Source: a virus
Lineage: Duplodnaviria; Heunggongvirae; Uroviricota; Caudoviricetes
DNA length: 64,000 nt
Strand: one strand, 5' to 3'
IMG/VR virus record: IMGVR_UViG_3300048930_000918
Under the pieces are notes generated by a model that was given only the letters and a program-made list of their open reading frames with translations, did no database searches and was not told the DNA's origin. Every line of letters begins with the position of its first letter. The first letter of the stretch is position 1. The position numbers were made by a program, and so were the translations under genes. Below, one piece after another: positions 30,180 through 39,608 of the stretch.

Positions 30180-30398
30180 CTACCTCCAGTGTTGTGATAC
30201 ATAACCATGCTTAACCATGTTGTTAAGTTTTTCTATTATATCTTTATCTCTTCTTTGCTGCATAGATTCTTTAAACTTAAAGAAAGCCTCATCATTTATA
30301 ATAAATACCCGCCTTTCTTTAGCGTTGTATTCGTCATATTCTCTATCTAAAAAGTTTACTGTCTCAACCTCTGTATGTATCCTAGTTATTTTAATCAT
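30180..30398 (-). CDS. hypothetical small protein (72 aa)
   Basis: ORF track. Confidence 0.4.
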   Translation of the reverse strand: MIKITRIHTEVETVNFLDREYDEYNAKERRVFIINDEAFFKFKESMQQRRDKDIIEKLNNMVKHGYVSQHWR

Positions 30399-30747
30399 TA
30401 TTCTTTTTAAGTTCTAACTTGGACACAGTATATTTTATCCTTTCATTAGTATTTATTTGGTTAATTAATTGTTGTTTTAAATCTTCAATCCTATAAACAT
30501 CTATATCTTCAATAAGCTTACATATATGATCAACCATTATATTTATCATATCTAAATTATTCGTTTTATTTAAACGATTCTTTAAAATATCAAAACTTAT
30601 ATTTAACCAATCTCTTTTACTATTAAAATAATTAACCTTTTCTTCTTCAGTCATTTTTCTTTTATTAGCAACATCACCTAAACCTAAACCTATAAATATA
30701 TTTTCACCTCCAGTAATGTGTTTTATTTCTTCTTTTTTTGTTTCCAT
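30391..30747 (-). CDS. hypothetical protein (118 aa)
   Basis: ORF track. Confidence 0.4.
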   Translation of the reverse strand: METKKEEIKHITGGENIFIGLGLGDVANKRKMTEEEKVNYFNSKRDWLNISFDILKNRLNKTNNLDMINIMVDHICKLIEDIDVYRIEDLKQQLINQINTNERIKYTVSKLELKKNND

Positions 30748-30753
30748 ATAGTA

Positions 30754-31281
30754 TTACTCATTTTTAATTAATTTAGTTTCTTCCACCACAAAATCAGCAT
30801 CAATTGCCGTCTCACTATCCATACCAAACCCCATGTCTCTACGATATTTATCATAAAGTTTAATATCTATCTCTTTTTGTCTTCTCTGGTTGTCTGTTAA
30901 TGTGTTAATATTAACATTAACCTCAGGTTGATCATGATTCTCTTTCCACCTACCTTGAGTTTTGAGATAGAACACTATAGCACCAGTGTCAGCCTCAGGT
31001 GCTAAGCCCATTGCTTTATCGTGTAATTTCTGCGCAAACCTATATAACTTCTCGGATTTAGCCTTTTTATATACCTCGGCAATCCTTTGATCACGAGCTA
31101 ATAATTTATAAAAAGTTTCCTGATTAATCTTAAAGTAATCTGCTATTTGTAAATAGTTTAAATAAGGTGCTATTTCTGCTAATTGTTCTAGTTGTTCTTC
31201 TGTAAAAACTATCGGAGGTCTCCCGCCTAAATCTACTTCTTTCTTTTCTGACCCCGTAACATTTTTCAGCTTTTTAGACAT
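30754..31281 (-). CDS. terminase small subunit-like protein (175 aa); paralog of 46465..47082
   Basis: ORF track. Lies two genes upstream of TerL. Shares blocks with 46465..47082 (IADYFKINQETFYKLL vs IAGYFGIFKNTFYKIL; FYLKTQGRWKE vs FYLKAFAGWKD; IDIKLYDKYRRDMGF vs LDVKLYSKFCRENGF). Confidence 0.45.
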   Translation of the reverse strand: MSKKLKNVTGSEKKEVDLGGRPPIVFTEEQLEQLAEIAPYLNYLQIADYFKINQETFYKLLARDQRIAEVYKKAKSEKLYRFAQKLHDKAMGLAPEADTGAIVFYLKTQGRWKENHDQPEVNVNINTLTDNQRRQKEIDIKLYDKYRRDMGFGMDSETAIDADFVVEETKLIKNE

Positions 31282-31296
31282 TAACTTCTCTATTCA

Positions 31297-31599
31297 TCAA
31301 TTCTTTAAATACAAATAATCAAATTCATCATTATTATAACAAAATAGTCTATTTTCACTACATACAACCCAGTCACCTAATTTTAATATATGTTGGTTAT
31401 TGCCGTAACGATGTATGCTATCTTTATATAATGCACAAACCACTATTACGTCATTACCCTCATGTAATTTAATCATATTGTCATGAATATATAACTTTAA
31501 CCAGTCTGGATATTCACTAAATCTATCCTCTAGTTTTTTAACATTATCAACATATTGTACAGCTTCCGCTTTACTAAATTTATATTCACACATTGTCAT
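31297..31599 (-). CDS. hypothetical protein (100 aa)
   Basis: ORF track. First gene of the late operon. Confidence 0.4.
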   Translation of the reverse strand: MTMCEYKFSKAEAVQYVDNVKKLEDRFSEYPDWLKLYIHDNMIKLHEGNDVIVVCALYKDSIHRYGNNQHILKLGDWVVCSENRLFCYNNDEFDYLYLKN

Positions 31600-32169
31600 T
31601 TTGTCTTACTCCCTATTTTATCATCATAAGTAGGTTTATTTATAAATTTATCACTTAAATAAGCTATTAATCCCTTCATCTTTATTTCTTCCTTAAATAA
31701 TAGTCTATCATTTCATTTAAACAATTAGTAACTAACCAACTTTCTATATTTAAATCAACATTATTTTTTAAATTCATCGGATCAGCCCAAGGGAATGTCT
31801 TATACATCCAATCGTAACACATAATACTACTATGTTGATTTAAATATTTAATAACTTTTAATCCGAATTGTTTATTAGTAAGTAAAATTTTTTATATATT
31901 TATCTAATTTCTTATAAACTTTTTCATAATCATATGTAGTAAAACTCTCTTCGCCCATATCTTCAAATGTAATTTCCAATTCTTTCCTAGAGTTCATCTA
32001 ATTTCTCAACTATTTGTTTAAAACCAATTAATCCTAAATGATACACATATACTATAAACACCACCAATACTAAATGTTTTGCAGTCAGCAAACTATATAT
32101 CTCATTAGCAGGAAATAATGCCATGATGCAAAACATGTTGATGCTTAAATATATTAGATGGTTCATTCT

Positions 32170-32607
32170 CTAAAATATTTCTTCACCTCTGTTTATATTA
32201 TAATCAACCCTAATAGGTTTTTCATCTTCTATATCGTCAAAAACATCTGACTGTAAGCCAACACTCTTTATATAATTACCAAGGATGTATCTTATTTGAC
32301 CGTTAACTGACCTTGCTTCATTTTTAGCAAATCCGCATATTAGTTCATAGTCATGCTTACCGAGTCTTAAAGTAATAGGAATCAATAGATCTTTATTATC
32401 TTCTATACTATTAGTTGCATTAACGTTATCACTTTCTTTTTGGATAAAAGCAGATTCAAAATTTGTATTCTCATTAATCCATTTACCCGCAATCATCCTA
32501 TAATGGCTATTAATAGGTCGCGCTTCTTTGTGTGCAATGTCACTAATAATATTATGGTCCTCTTGATCAATCCTTAAATTTATAATTACTGTTTTCTTTT
32601 TGCTCAT
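32170..32607 (-). CDS. hypothetical protein (145 aa)
   Basis: ORF track. Isolated gene at the edge of the control region. Confidence 0.4.
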   Translation of the reverse strand: MSKKKTVIINLRIDQEDHNIISDIAHKEARPINSHYRMIAGKWINENTNFESAFIQKESDNVNATNSIEDNKDLLIPITLRLGKHDYELICGFAKNEARSVNGQIRYILGNYIKSVGLQSDVFDDIEDEKPIRVDYNINRGEEIF

Positions 32608-33028
32608 AAAAATATAACAACTTACTTATATTAAACAATATATTATAACAAAATTTATTTGTCAATACTGAATATACATAAATAATGTAGTTTTTTGTAT
32701 TAGATAATATATACATAAATATCAACATTAAAAACCTATAAAATTTATGTTTATAATTAAATATTGTTCTTTATAAACTACTAAACCCTTCAAATAATAA
32801 CAAATAACTAATATTTAAATACATATTGGATCATTACAAATATTATATTTTGTTATATTTTGTTATATTTTATTATATATATAAATAACTCTTAAGTACT
32901 ACAAATAACAACAATTAATATACTACTATAAAACTACATTTTATAGTAGTATAAATACATATAATTAATGTGAATTGATATTTATTGCTGTTTATTGCTG
33001 TTAAATGATTATATATAAATATACAAGA

Positions 33029-33306
33029 GATCGGCGATCGGCGACCCAATTATATACAAGATCGGCGACCATTCAAACCTTTATGTTTATTATCATTGGA
33101 GGTTCTTGGTGCCGAAATCGCCGATCTTTTTCCTATTGTAGACCAAATGAAAATATATTATTTTAAAATTTAAAATTTAAAATTTCTATCAGCTCCCATA
33201 TAAGAATACTTCGGCGACTTCAGCACTTATATACTTAAATAATAATAAATATAAGGGATTAAAGTATCGCCGATCTAAGTCGCCGAAGTATCGCCGATCG
33301 CCGATC
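33029..33306. promoter_or_regulatory. GC-rich motif cluster (GATCGGCGA / TCGCCGATC, at least 8 copies) bounded by a perfect 16-bp inverted repeat, with short AT tandem repeats inside
   Basis: GATCGGCGATCGGCGA at 33029..33044, and its exact reverse complement TCGCCGATCGCCGATC at 33291..33306. Further copies at 33060..33068, 33118..33126, 33211..33218, 33267..33275 and 33280..33286. TAAAATTT x3 at 33161..33186. The region lies in the 1.17-kb non-coding stretch between the divergent late and early operons. Confidence 0.5.
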
Positions 33307-33543
33307 TAGTAAAAATATTCCATTGGTATTATAAAAACCCACAATAAACACTGCTTCCTAAAACAACCAAACCCTCTAATTTCTCATTTAAACCTAGTTT
33401 TTAGCATCATATTCACATACTTAGCTACCATACTATATTAAATAGACATTCACGCTTATAAACCCTATTAAAACACGATTTCAAACAGCTGTTACCTTAA
33501 CAACACACATTTAATATTTGTAATAAAAAATAATTTTTAGTTA

Positions 33544-33572
33544 TTGACAAGTTAACAACATGCGGTTATATT
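33544..33572 (+). promoter_or_regulatory. sigma70-like promoter candidate for the plus-strand early operon
   Basis: TTGACA (33544..33549), 17-nt spacer, TATATT (33567..33572). About 200 nt upstream of the first plus-strand gene. Confidence 0.4.
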
Positions 33573-33777
33573 CAGCTTACGAGCAACTGTTAATTGAAAC
33601 AAAAAAATGAGTGATGAAAAACAATATAATAATATTTTAAAGTTAATTAGGATATCTTTAGTTCTTTATATGAGATGCCTTATGTTAATGAAACTATTTA
33701 TTATAAAAGAAGAAAACTAAAACATAAATTGGCATATAGAATAGATGCTTTGATAACAAGATGGGAGGTAAAAAAAA

Positions 33778-33960
33778 ATGAATATAATTGAAGCGATAAA
33801 AGCAGCAAAGAATGGTAATAAGGTATATAGGGATATAAAGATAGATGAGAAACTTACATTTAGATCATGGATTCCTTTTGTTGATCTGGAGCAGGAAAAG
33901 TTTACATTATCAGATATATTAGCTGATGATTGGGAAGTAAGTGAGTATAAAAATGACTGA
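33778..33960 (+). CDS. small protein (60 aa); paralog of the C-terminal half of 37658..38308
   Basis: ORF track. MNIIEAIK...DDWEVSEY compared with MNIIECIK...SDWEVSRVE at 37976. Confidence 0.4.
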   Translation: MNIIEAIKAAKNGNKVYRDIKIDEKLTFRSWIPFVDLEQEKFTLSDILADDWEVSEYKND

Positions 33961-34097
33961 TAACAATAAAAAACAATGGGAAAATGAGGCTAACAGATAT
34001 CACATTACTGATGATGAAATACAGGTTGTAAATATAAAAACAAATGAGATTGTTTTTAGTAGTAAACATGATGATTGATAAAAAAAGAGGACTGAAA

Positions 34098-34220
34098 ATG
34101 ACAGAACTTGAAAATAAAATTGTAGAACTGGTAACTGATAACTGGCGGGATAAGGAAGTAGAGACCAACCTTACAAAATTGCGTCTGATGTTAAAACAAT
34201 ATTACGGAGCAAGGAAATGA
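34098..34220 (+). CDS. small protein (40 aa)
   Basis: Not in the ORF track. Junction motif AAAAAAGAGGACTGAAA-ATG. Its stop overlaps the next start (ATGA). Confidence 0.3.
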   Translation: MTELENKIVELVTDNWRDKEVETNLTKLRLMLKQYYGARK

Positions 34221-34468
34221 TAAAATATGAAAAAGGCAGGAATAAGAAAATAACTATCTCAATATTAGCTGATCATAAATTCAAGTTAAGGAAAACCAAT
34301 CTTGATATGGATGAGGTTTTATATCTCTTAACGATCAATCTGGCTAGTCTTATAGTTGCTGAAAATATAAATGTAAACTCGAATAAAATAAATAACCTTA
34401 TAGATGATCTTAAACGTAGTCTCGAGTGGTATACTATGAGGAAAAGTAGCAGAGGAGTAAATTTATGA
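34217..34468 (+). CDS. hypothetical small protein (83 aa)
   Basis: ORF track. Confidence 0.35.
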   Translation: MIKYEKGRNKKITISILADHKFKLRKTNLDMDEVLYLLTINLASLIVAENINVNSNKINNLIDDLKRSLEWYTMRKSSRGVNL

Positions 34469-34755
34469 GAAACTTTATAACAGCGGCAATAATTGTAATT
34501 CTTCCGATTATGGCGTTTGCAGATACGATGAGTGAGATAAATAAGCTTATGGATAGGATCAAGTCCAATAGTAAGGCATACAGGGTTATCTGTTATTTAG
34601 ACAGGAGACTTACTAAAGGTTTTTCACTTGGTATGTTTGATATAGATAACAAAGAAGAATACTGCTTGTTTCTTAAAGAAGAGATAGTAAAGGAAATTGT
34701 TAAAAAGATTTGTGAAGATGTAAAGGTTAATATCAGTATAGATACTAGCGTTTAA
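34465..34755 (+). CDS. small exported protein with signal-peptide-like N-terminus (96 aa)
   Basis: ORF track. N-terminus MRNFITAAIIVILPIMAFADT. Confidence 0.4.
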   Translation: MRNFITAAIIVILPIMAFADTMSEINKLMDRIKSNSKAYRVICYLDRRLTKGFSLGMFDIDNKEEYCLFLKEEIVKEIVKKICEDVKVNISIDTSV

Positions 34756-34790
34756 TATTAATTTAATATTAATTTAATATTAATTTAATA
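34752..34790. repeat. 12-bp tandem repeat (AATATTAATTTA x3) in the XRE promoter region
   Basis: Seen directly between the stop of 34465..34755 and the start of the XRE gene. Confidence 0.6.
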
Positions 34791-34804
34791 AGAGGACATT
34801 AAAA

Positions 34805-35167
34805 ATGGCAAGACAAAGTGAGTTTATAAAAAACATAGATAAACATGTAGGTTCAAAGATACATGACTTTAGAATAGAAAAAGGATTAAGCCGTCAGATG
34901 TTAGCTAAAAATGTCGGTATTACGCACCAGCAATTAGCTAAATATGAACATGGTGTTAATAGAATATCAGTAGGTAGACTGCTTTTGATATGTAAAGAAC
35001 TAAATAAACCGATAACTTCTTTTATTGAGGAATATAATATTAATAGTGCGAATATCGTACTTGCTAAAGAACGTCTAACAATAGAGTTGGTTAGATCATT
35101 CAATAGTATTAAGGATGAGAAAATAAAAGAAGCAATAAACAATCTTGCGAAAGTAATGAGTAAATAA
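34805..35167 (+). CDS. XRE-family helix-turn-helix transcriptional regulator (120 aa)
   Basis: ORF track. HTH core LSRQMLAKNVGITHQQLAKYEHGVNRISVGRL. Confidence 0.7.
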   Translation: MARQSEFIKNIDKHVGSKIHDFRIEKGLSRQMLAKNVGITHQQLAKYEHGVNRISVGRLLLICKELNKPITSFIEEYNINSANIVLAKERLTIELVRSFNSIKDEKIKEAINNLAKVMSK

Positions 35168-35186
35168 TTAAAAAAGGATTAAAATT

Positions 35187-36041
35187 ATGACATATCAAGA
35201 AAAATCAACTTTTAAATTTATACTAATACTATCTTCAGTATTGATGCTGTTTATATTATTTTTAATGTCTGTAAACAGAATATCACCTGGACAAGTTGGT
35301 GTAATTGTCAACTTACTTGGTAATGAAAAAGGGGTTGAACCTGACACAATGGGTGTAGGTATAAACTTTACCGCCCCTTGGAAAAACGTATATGTATTCC
35401 CTACTTATGATCAGAATCATGTTTGGGAAGATATAAAGTTCCAGACGCAGGAGGGCTTACAGGTATCATCCAATATAGGTGTTACGTTTTCTTTAGAAGG
35501 CGATAAAATACCTGTTCTTTTTGCTAAATATAGAAAAGGGATAGAAGAAATCACTGATATATTTATTAAAAACAATGTTCGTGATGCTATTAATGTTGTT
35601 GCTTCAAAAATGAAAGTTGAAGACTTGTATGGTGAGAAAAAAGAAGAATTTTTTTATAATGTCAAAAAGATTTTATCTGAGGAATTGATACAAATAGGCT
35701 TTAATATCCATAAAGTATATATCATTGGTAATTTTGATGTTCCCTCACTTGTTACAGAAGCGTTAAATCGTAAAATTGAAGCTATACAAAGAGCTGAACA
35801 AAGAGAAAATGAACTTAGGGAAGCTGAAGCAGAAGCTAAAAAACAGATAGCGAAGGCTAAAGGTGAAGCACAAAGTAAAATTGTAGCTGCAACAGCTGAA
35901 GCAGAAGCTAATGAGAAACTGTCTAAATCCATCACTAAAAAATTGATACAGTTAAAATTTTTAGAAAAATGGAACGGCATATTACCTAAAGTCAGTTCAA
36001 ATAATGACTTTATTCTGGATTTAAAATCAATGGAGGATTAA
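35187..36041 (+). CDS. SPFH/band-7 (prohibitin/HflC-like) membrane protein (284 aa)
   Basis: ORF track. N-terminal TM anchor, SPFH core, and a C-terminal Ala/Glu/Lys coiled-coil (AEAEAKKQIAKAKGEAQSKIVAATAEAEANEKL). Confidence 0.7.
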   Translation: MTYQEKSTFKFILILSSVLMLFILFLMSVNRISPGQVGVIVNLLGNEKGVEPDTMGVGINFTAPWKNVYVFPTYDQNHVWEDIKFQTQEGLQVSSNIGVTFSLEGDKIPVLFAKYRKGIEEITDIFIKNNVRDAINVVASKMKVEDLYGEKKEEFFYNVKKILSEELIQIGFNIHKVYIIGNFDVPSLVTEALNRKIEAIQRAEQRENELREAEAEAKKQIAKAKGEAQSKIVAATAEAEANEKLSKSITKKLIQLKFLEKWNGILPKVSSNNDFILDLKSMED

Positions 36042-36145
36042 AAACATGAACGATATTGAAATGGTAATTTTAATCCAGAGCGTACCACTTGTTATTGGTA
36101 TAATAGGGATAATCATAATGGTTATAAAAGAATTCAGGGATTAAT

Positions 36146-36406
36146 ATGAATAATGATTATGAAGAGGATCAATATAGGTATGCAGTAGCTATGTTTTTGA
36201 GAGCACAATACTCAAACAAGGATATTTTAGAAAAGAAAATAACACCTGAAACTTTGCTTGTAAAAATAAAAAATCAATTCCCTGAGTATAATGATGATAA
36301 GTTACTATTAAAACTTTTAAGGGAAGTATTATACACAGTATTGGTTGAATTAAAGAATATTAGTAAAAAGGACATGAGTAAATATATAGATAGGAGGTTT
36401 AAATGA
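36146..36406 (+). CDS. hypothetical small protein (86 aa)
   Basis: ORF track. Confidence 0.4.
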   Translation: MNNDYEEDQYRYAVAMFLRAQYSNKDILEKKITPETLLVKIKNQFPEYNDDKLLLKLLREVLYTVLVELKNISKKDMSKYIDRRFK

Positions 36407-36666
36407 GCAATAAGGAATTATTAAAGGATTTAGCCAAGATAGCTGAGAAAAACGGCATGAAGAGAATACTTGTTATTAGTGATAAAGGTATTGCATATGA
36501 AAACGTTACTAATGAAACACTTAATGACCTTATGTTAGGTGTTAATTATGTCATGTACGGCATGGTCGGTGATAACAAACTTAATGTTGATCACATACCA
36601 GTTATATTTGAGGAATATGGTCGGATAGTTCAGGGTAATATTAAAAATGCCATTAAGCCATCTTAG
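36403..36666 (+). CDS. small protein (87 aa); paralog of 36864..37184
   Basis: ORF track. KRILVISDKGIAYENVTNETLNDLM compared with KTAILITDKGFLLHGIDYDEELVSELIF. Confidence 0.4.
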   Translation: MSNKELLKDLAKIAEKNGMKRILVISDKGIAYENVTNETLNDLMLGVNYVMYGMVGDNKLNVDHIPVIFEEYGRIVQGNIKNAIKPS

Positions 36667-36863
36667 CCTCTTGGCATGGGTCAGTATATTGCTGAAGTTT
36701 ATAAAGGAAAGTGAAAAACAATAATATAAAAGAGGATAAAATAGAAAACATTATGACTATAACACTATCATTAATACTTGGGTTAGTTGTTATGAAATAC
36801 CTTTCAAAGTGGGGAATTGTTGATAAAATTCACGACAAAATATTTAAACAATGAGGACTAAAA

Positions 36864-37184
36864 ATGAAAGATTTAGAAATTAATAAAGAAAAACTAATCA
36901 AGGAACTAAAAGAATTAGAAAATAATAAAGAAAAAGTAATTAAAGATTTAGAAAAATTTCTAATATCACATAATCTTAAAACAGCTATTTTGATTACAGA
37001 CAAAGGTTTTTTACTACACGGTATTGATTACGATGAAGAGTTAGTTAGCGAGCTTATTTTTACAGCTAATATTATATTAAATAGGCTTGTAAATCAAAAT
37101 AGACTCACAATAAAACAAGTGGGCGCTATGTTAGATACATATAAAGAATACATATTAAATTACGTTAAAGGTAATCATCATTGA
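36864..37184 (+). CDS. small protein (106 aa); paralog of 36403..36666
   Basis: ORF track. Preceded by the junction motif AATGAGGACTAAAA-ATG. Confidence 0.4.
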   Translation: MKDLEINKEKLIKELKELENNKEKVIKDLEKFLISHNLKTAILITDKGFLLHGIDYDEELVSELIFTANIILNRLVNQNRLTIKQVGAMLDTYKEYILNYVKGNHH

Positions 37185-37217
37185 ACTTGTATTATTAAAT
37201 AACAATGAGTAGTAAAA

Positions 37218-37463
37218 ATGAATAAAATAGAAAAACTTGTTAATAAATTAATCCCTTATATTTTTTTAATATTACTTTTAGTACTTAGTATTTTACTTAT
37301 AATTGGTACTTATAATGTTTTATTAGAAAATTCGTATATTTTTTATAATCCAATTACAAAAATAATGACTATAGGACTTTGTTTTATAGTTATATCCATT
37401 TGTTTATTGATGTTTTATATGGTTATTATAGATATTATAAAAGATAAGAAAAAGGAGGACTAA
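37218..37463 (+). CDS. small two-TM membrane protein (81 aa)
   Basis: ORF track. Ends ...KKKED with the stop embedded in the next gene's RBS (GAGGACTAA). Confidence 0.4.
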   Translation: MNKIEKLVNKLIPYIFLILLLVLSILLIIGTYNVLLENSYIFYNPITKIMTIGLCFIVISICLLMFYMVIIDIIKDKKKED

Positions 37464-37464
37464 A

Positions 37465-37656
37465 ATGCTACCATTACTTATAACACTGCTTTTAACAGCA
37501 CTTATTCTACACGCTATTATAAACGGCAATCATCATAGAACAGTTATAATACTGACATGCTGTATCATGATCTCACAATGTTTCAACTGGTATATTCAGG
37601 AAGAAAAAATACAAGCTCTAAAAGATAGAATAACAGAAATTGAGGTAAGTAAATAA
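37465..37656 (+). CDS. small membrane protein (63 aa)
   Basis: ORF track. Confidence 0.4.
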   Translation: MLPLLITLLLTALILHAIINGNHHRTVIILTCCIMISQCFNWYIQEEKIQALKDRITEIEVSK

Positions 37657-37657
37657 T

Positions 37658-38308
37658 ATGAATAGTATGTTTGAAAGTGTACAGTTTATTAATCCGTTAA
37701 TGAAGAAAAGTAAAAAATCCGTATTTTTGGCTTATAGTTATAAAGATTGTTTCTCTCATATTCCATATTGGTTGGAAGAACTTATTTATGATGGTGTAAT
37801 CGGTTTTAAACATAATAATGATATGGATGAAAAACTTGATTATTTAACATTAAATGGTTCAAAAATAAATTTATACGATTATATAGTTAAATATGACAAT
37901 AACGATAAAATATACATTAAAAAATTTAAACAAAGACAAAAAGAGAAAAATAACAACAAAAAAGGAGGACTAAAAATGAATATTATTGAATGTATAAAAC
38001 TTTTTATTGAGAAAGATATTAAAAAGTTTGAAAGAGGAAATAATACTAAAATTGATTTGAGTATTATTGATACATTTTACGATTATTCTTTTGAAAGTAT
38101 AGTTTCAGAGATAAAAGATATTGAAATAGAAGATTTTACTTCTTCCGATTGGGAAGTATCACGTGTTGAAATAGATGAGACAGAAGAAAAGATTATATTA
38201 GATTTAATTAAAGACCCTCTTAATGATGATCTAACAGTAGAAGAATTAAAAAAGATAGCAAGAGATACTTGTACTTTAAGAATGATTGAACAGGAGATAA
38301 TAGAGTAA
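37658..38308 (+). CDS. hypothetical protein (216 aa); probably two genes (37658..~37975 and 37976..38308) fused in-frame at a junction motif
   Basis: ORF track. An internal AAAAGGAGGACTAAAA-ATG at 37962..37978 is in-frame (read as KKGGLKM), so no stop separates the halves. The second half is paralogous to 33778..33960. Confidence 0.45.
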   Translation: MNSMFESVQFINPLMKKSKKSVFLAYSYKDCFSHIPYWLEELIYDGVIGFKHNNDMDEKLDYLTLNGSKINLYDYIVKYDNNDKIYIKKFKQRQKEKNNNKKGGLKMNIIECIKLFIEKDIKKFERGNNTKIDLSIIDTFYDYSFESIVSEIKDIEIEDFTSSDWEVSRVEIDETEEKIILDLIKDPLNDDLTVEELKKIARDTCTLRMIEQEIIE

Positions 38309-38334
38309 AAATAACATTAAAAAAAGAGGACTAA

Positions 38335-38508
38335 ATGAAAGCAAAAAGAATTGAAGTAGACGCTATAGACTATGATGGATTATGTACTAAGTGTGACTCA
38401 TATATAAACGAGCCTGTAATTATTAAGATAGGTAATAGTTTATATGAAAGTAACTTATGTAAACCTTGTATGAACAAAAATAATTTAACAGGGATTAATT
38501 CCGTATAG
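38335..38508 (+). CDS. small Zn-ribbon-like protein (57 aa)
   Basis: Not in the ORF track. Junction motif AAAAAGAGGACTAA-ATG. Has CxxC...CxxC (CTKCDS...CKPCMN). Confidence 0.4.
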   Translation: MKAKRIEVDAIDYDGLCTKCDSYINEPVIIKIGNSLYESNLCKPCMNKNNLTGINSV

Positions 38509-38530
38509 ACATTATAATATTGGAGGATGA

Positions 38531-38764
38531 ATGAAAAAATATAGAGGTAATACACAACAACCTGTTAATAAAAGCAGAAAATTTGTAACAGTTAGCTTGC
38601 CGTTAGATATTACTGATGTTTTAGAACGGATAGCTAAGGTAGAGAATATAACGAGAAGTTATCTAATAACAAATATACTTGATGAGTATGTTAAAAAATA
38701 CGATATGAAGTTATTAGAGCAAAGGGAATACGTAAAAGATAGTACTATGGATTTTAACAAATAA
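38531..38764 (+). CDS. ribbon-helix-helix (CopG/Arc-like) DNA-binding protein (77 aa)
   Basis: ORF track. RHH-like pattern (KFVTVSLPLDITDVLERIAKVENITRSYLITNILDEYV). Confidence 0.45.
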   Translation: MKKYRGNTQQPVNKSRKFVTVSLPLDITDVLERIAKVENITRSYLITNILDEYVKKYDMKLLEQREYVKDSTMDFNK

Positions 38765-38781
38765 ACAACAAGGAGGACAAA

Positions 38782-39273
38782 ATGAGCGGCAATACACCTA
38801 CAGAAAGAAAATATACTAAAATAAAGAACTTTACCGAGAAAGATCAAGTGAGAATTAAATATTCTCTTTTAGGTAAGGAAAAGAAACTTATGTTATCTGT
38901 TTACATCGGTGAAGATGTTTATAATCAACTAACAGAGGGAAAGGAGTATAAAAGACTTATAACAACATATATTCCCGGTGATATGTTGATTGTAACACCT
39001 ACTAACGATGAAAAGGAAGGGTTGATACACAGATATAATGGTAGCGGTAGATTTAAAACAACCTGTATTCGAATTAGCTTGGGTAGACTAAAGGATTTAA
39101 AATTAAGTAAAAGTGATTTTAAAAATAGAGTAGTTGAATATAACATGGTTTACGGAGGTATTGATGAACCATCCAACGCATTGAGGATTAATATTAGTAA
39201 CAGAAGAAAATCAGATTTACTGTTACAGATCAGAAAGAACAGGTATTTAATATTTATGAAGGTAGTAACTTAG
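38782..39273 (+). CDS. hypothetical protein (163 aa)
   Basis: ORF track. Preceded by the junction motif AACAAGGAGGACAAA-ATG. Confidence 0.4.
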   Translation: MSGNTPTERKYTKIKNFTEKDQVRIKYSLLGKEKKLMLSVYIGEDVYNQLTEGKEYKRLITTYIPGDMLIVTPTNDEKEGLIHRYNGSGRFKTTCIRISLGRLKDLKLSKSDFKNRVVEYNMVYGGIDEPSNALRINISNRRKSDLLLQIRKNRYLIFMKVVT

Positions 39274-39278
39274 GTTAT

Positions 39279-39608
39279 TTGGCTGAGCAATATGGTGAAA
39301 ATAATATTTATGAACAATTAAAACCAGGTTTAGCCGCATTACGCAATTCTCCTTGTTCTATTAAAGACAATATAGCTAAACAAAAAATAGAGGGTGCGCT
39401 AATACCTTATACTACTTTTAATGATTTGGATGAGATAAAAGAAAAAATTGATGAATTATTAAAAAATCAGGAAGCGTTAGCTGAATCAATGAGTCGTACA
39501 ATTGAACTTTTTAATACTGCATTAATTAAAGAAAAAGATGAATCTAAAATATTAAAAGTACATAGTTATAAAATTTTGTTTAAAAAAATATTCGGAGGAA
39601 GTAAATGA
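39279..39608 (+). CDS. hypothetical protein (109 aa)
   Basis: ORF track. Confidence 0.4.
   Translation: MAEQYGENNIYEQLKPGLAALRNSPCSIKDNIAKQKIEGALIPYTTFNDLDEIKEKIDELLKNQEALAESMSRTIELFNTALIKEKDESKILKVHSYKILFKKIFGGSK

Noticed and set aside
32608-33777. tRNA or other structured RNA gene in the 1.17-kb non-coding region
   Set aside because: I could not recognise a cloverleaf with an anticodon stem or conserved T-loop by eye. The GC-rich segments are better explained as repeated protein-binding motifs.
35654-35980. 108-aa minus-strand ORF
   Set aside because: Antisense to the Ala/Glu-rich coiled-coil of the SPFH gene (an Ala/Ser-rich mirror translation).
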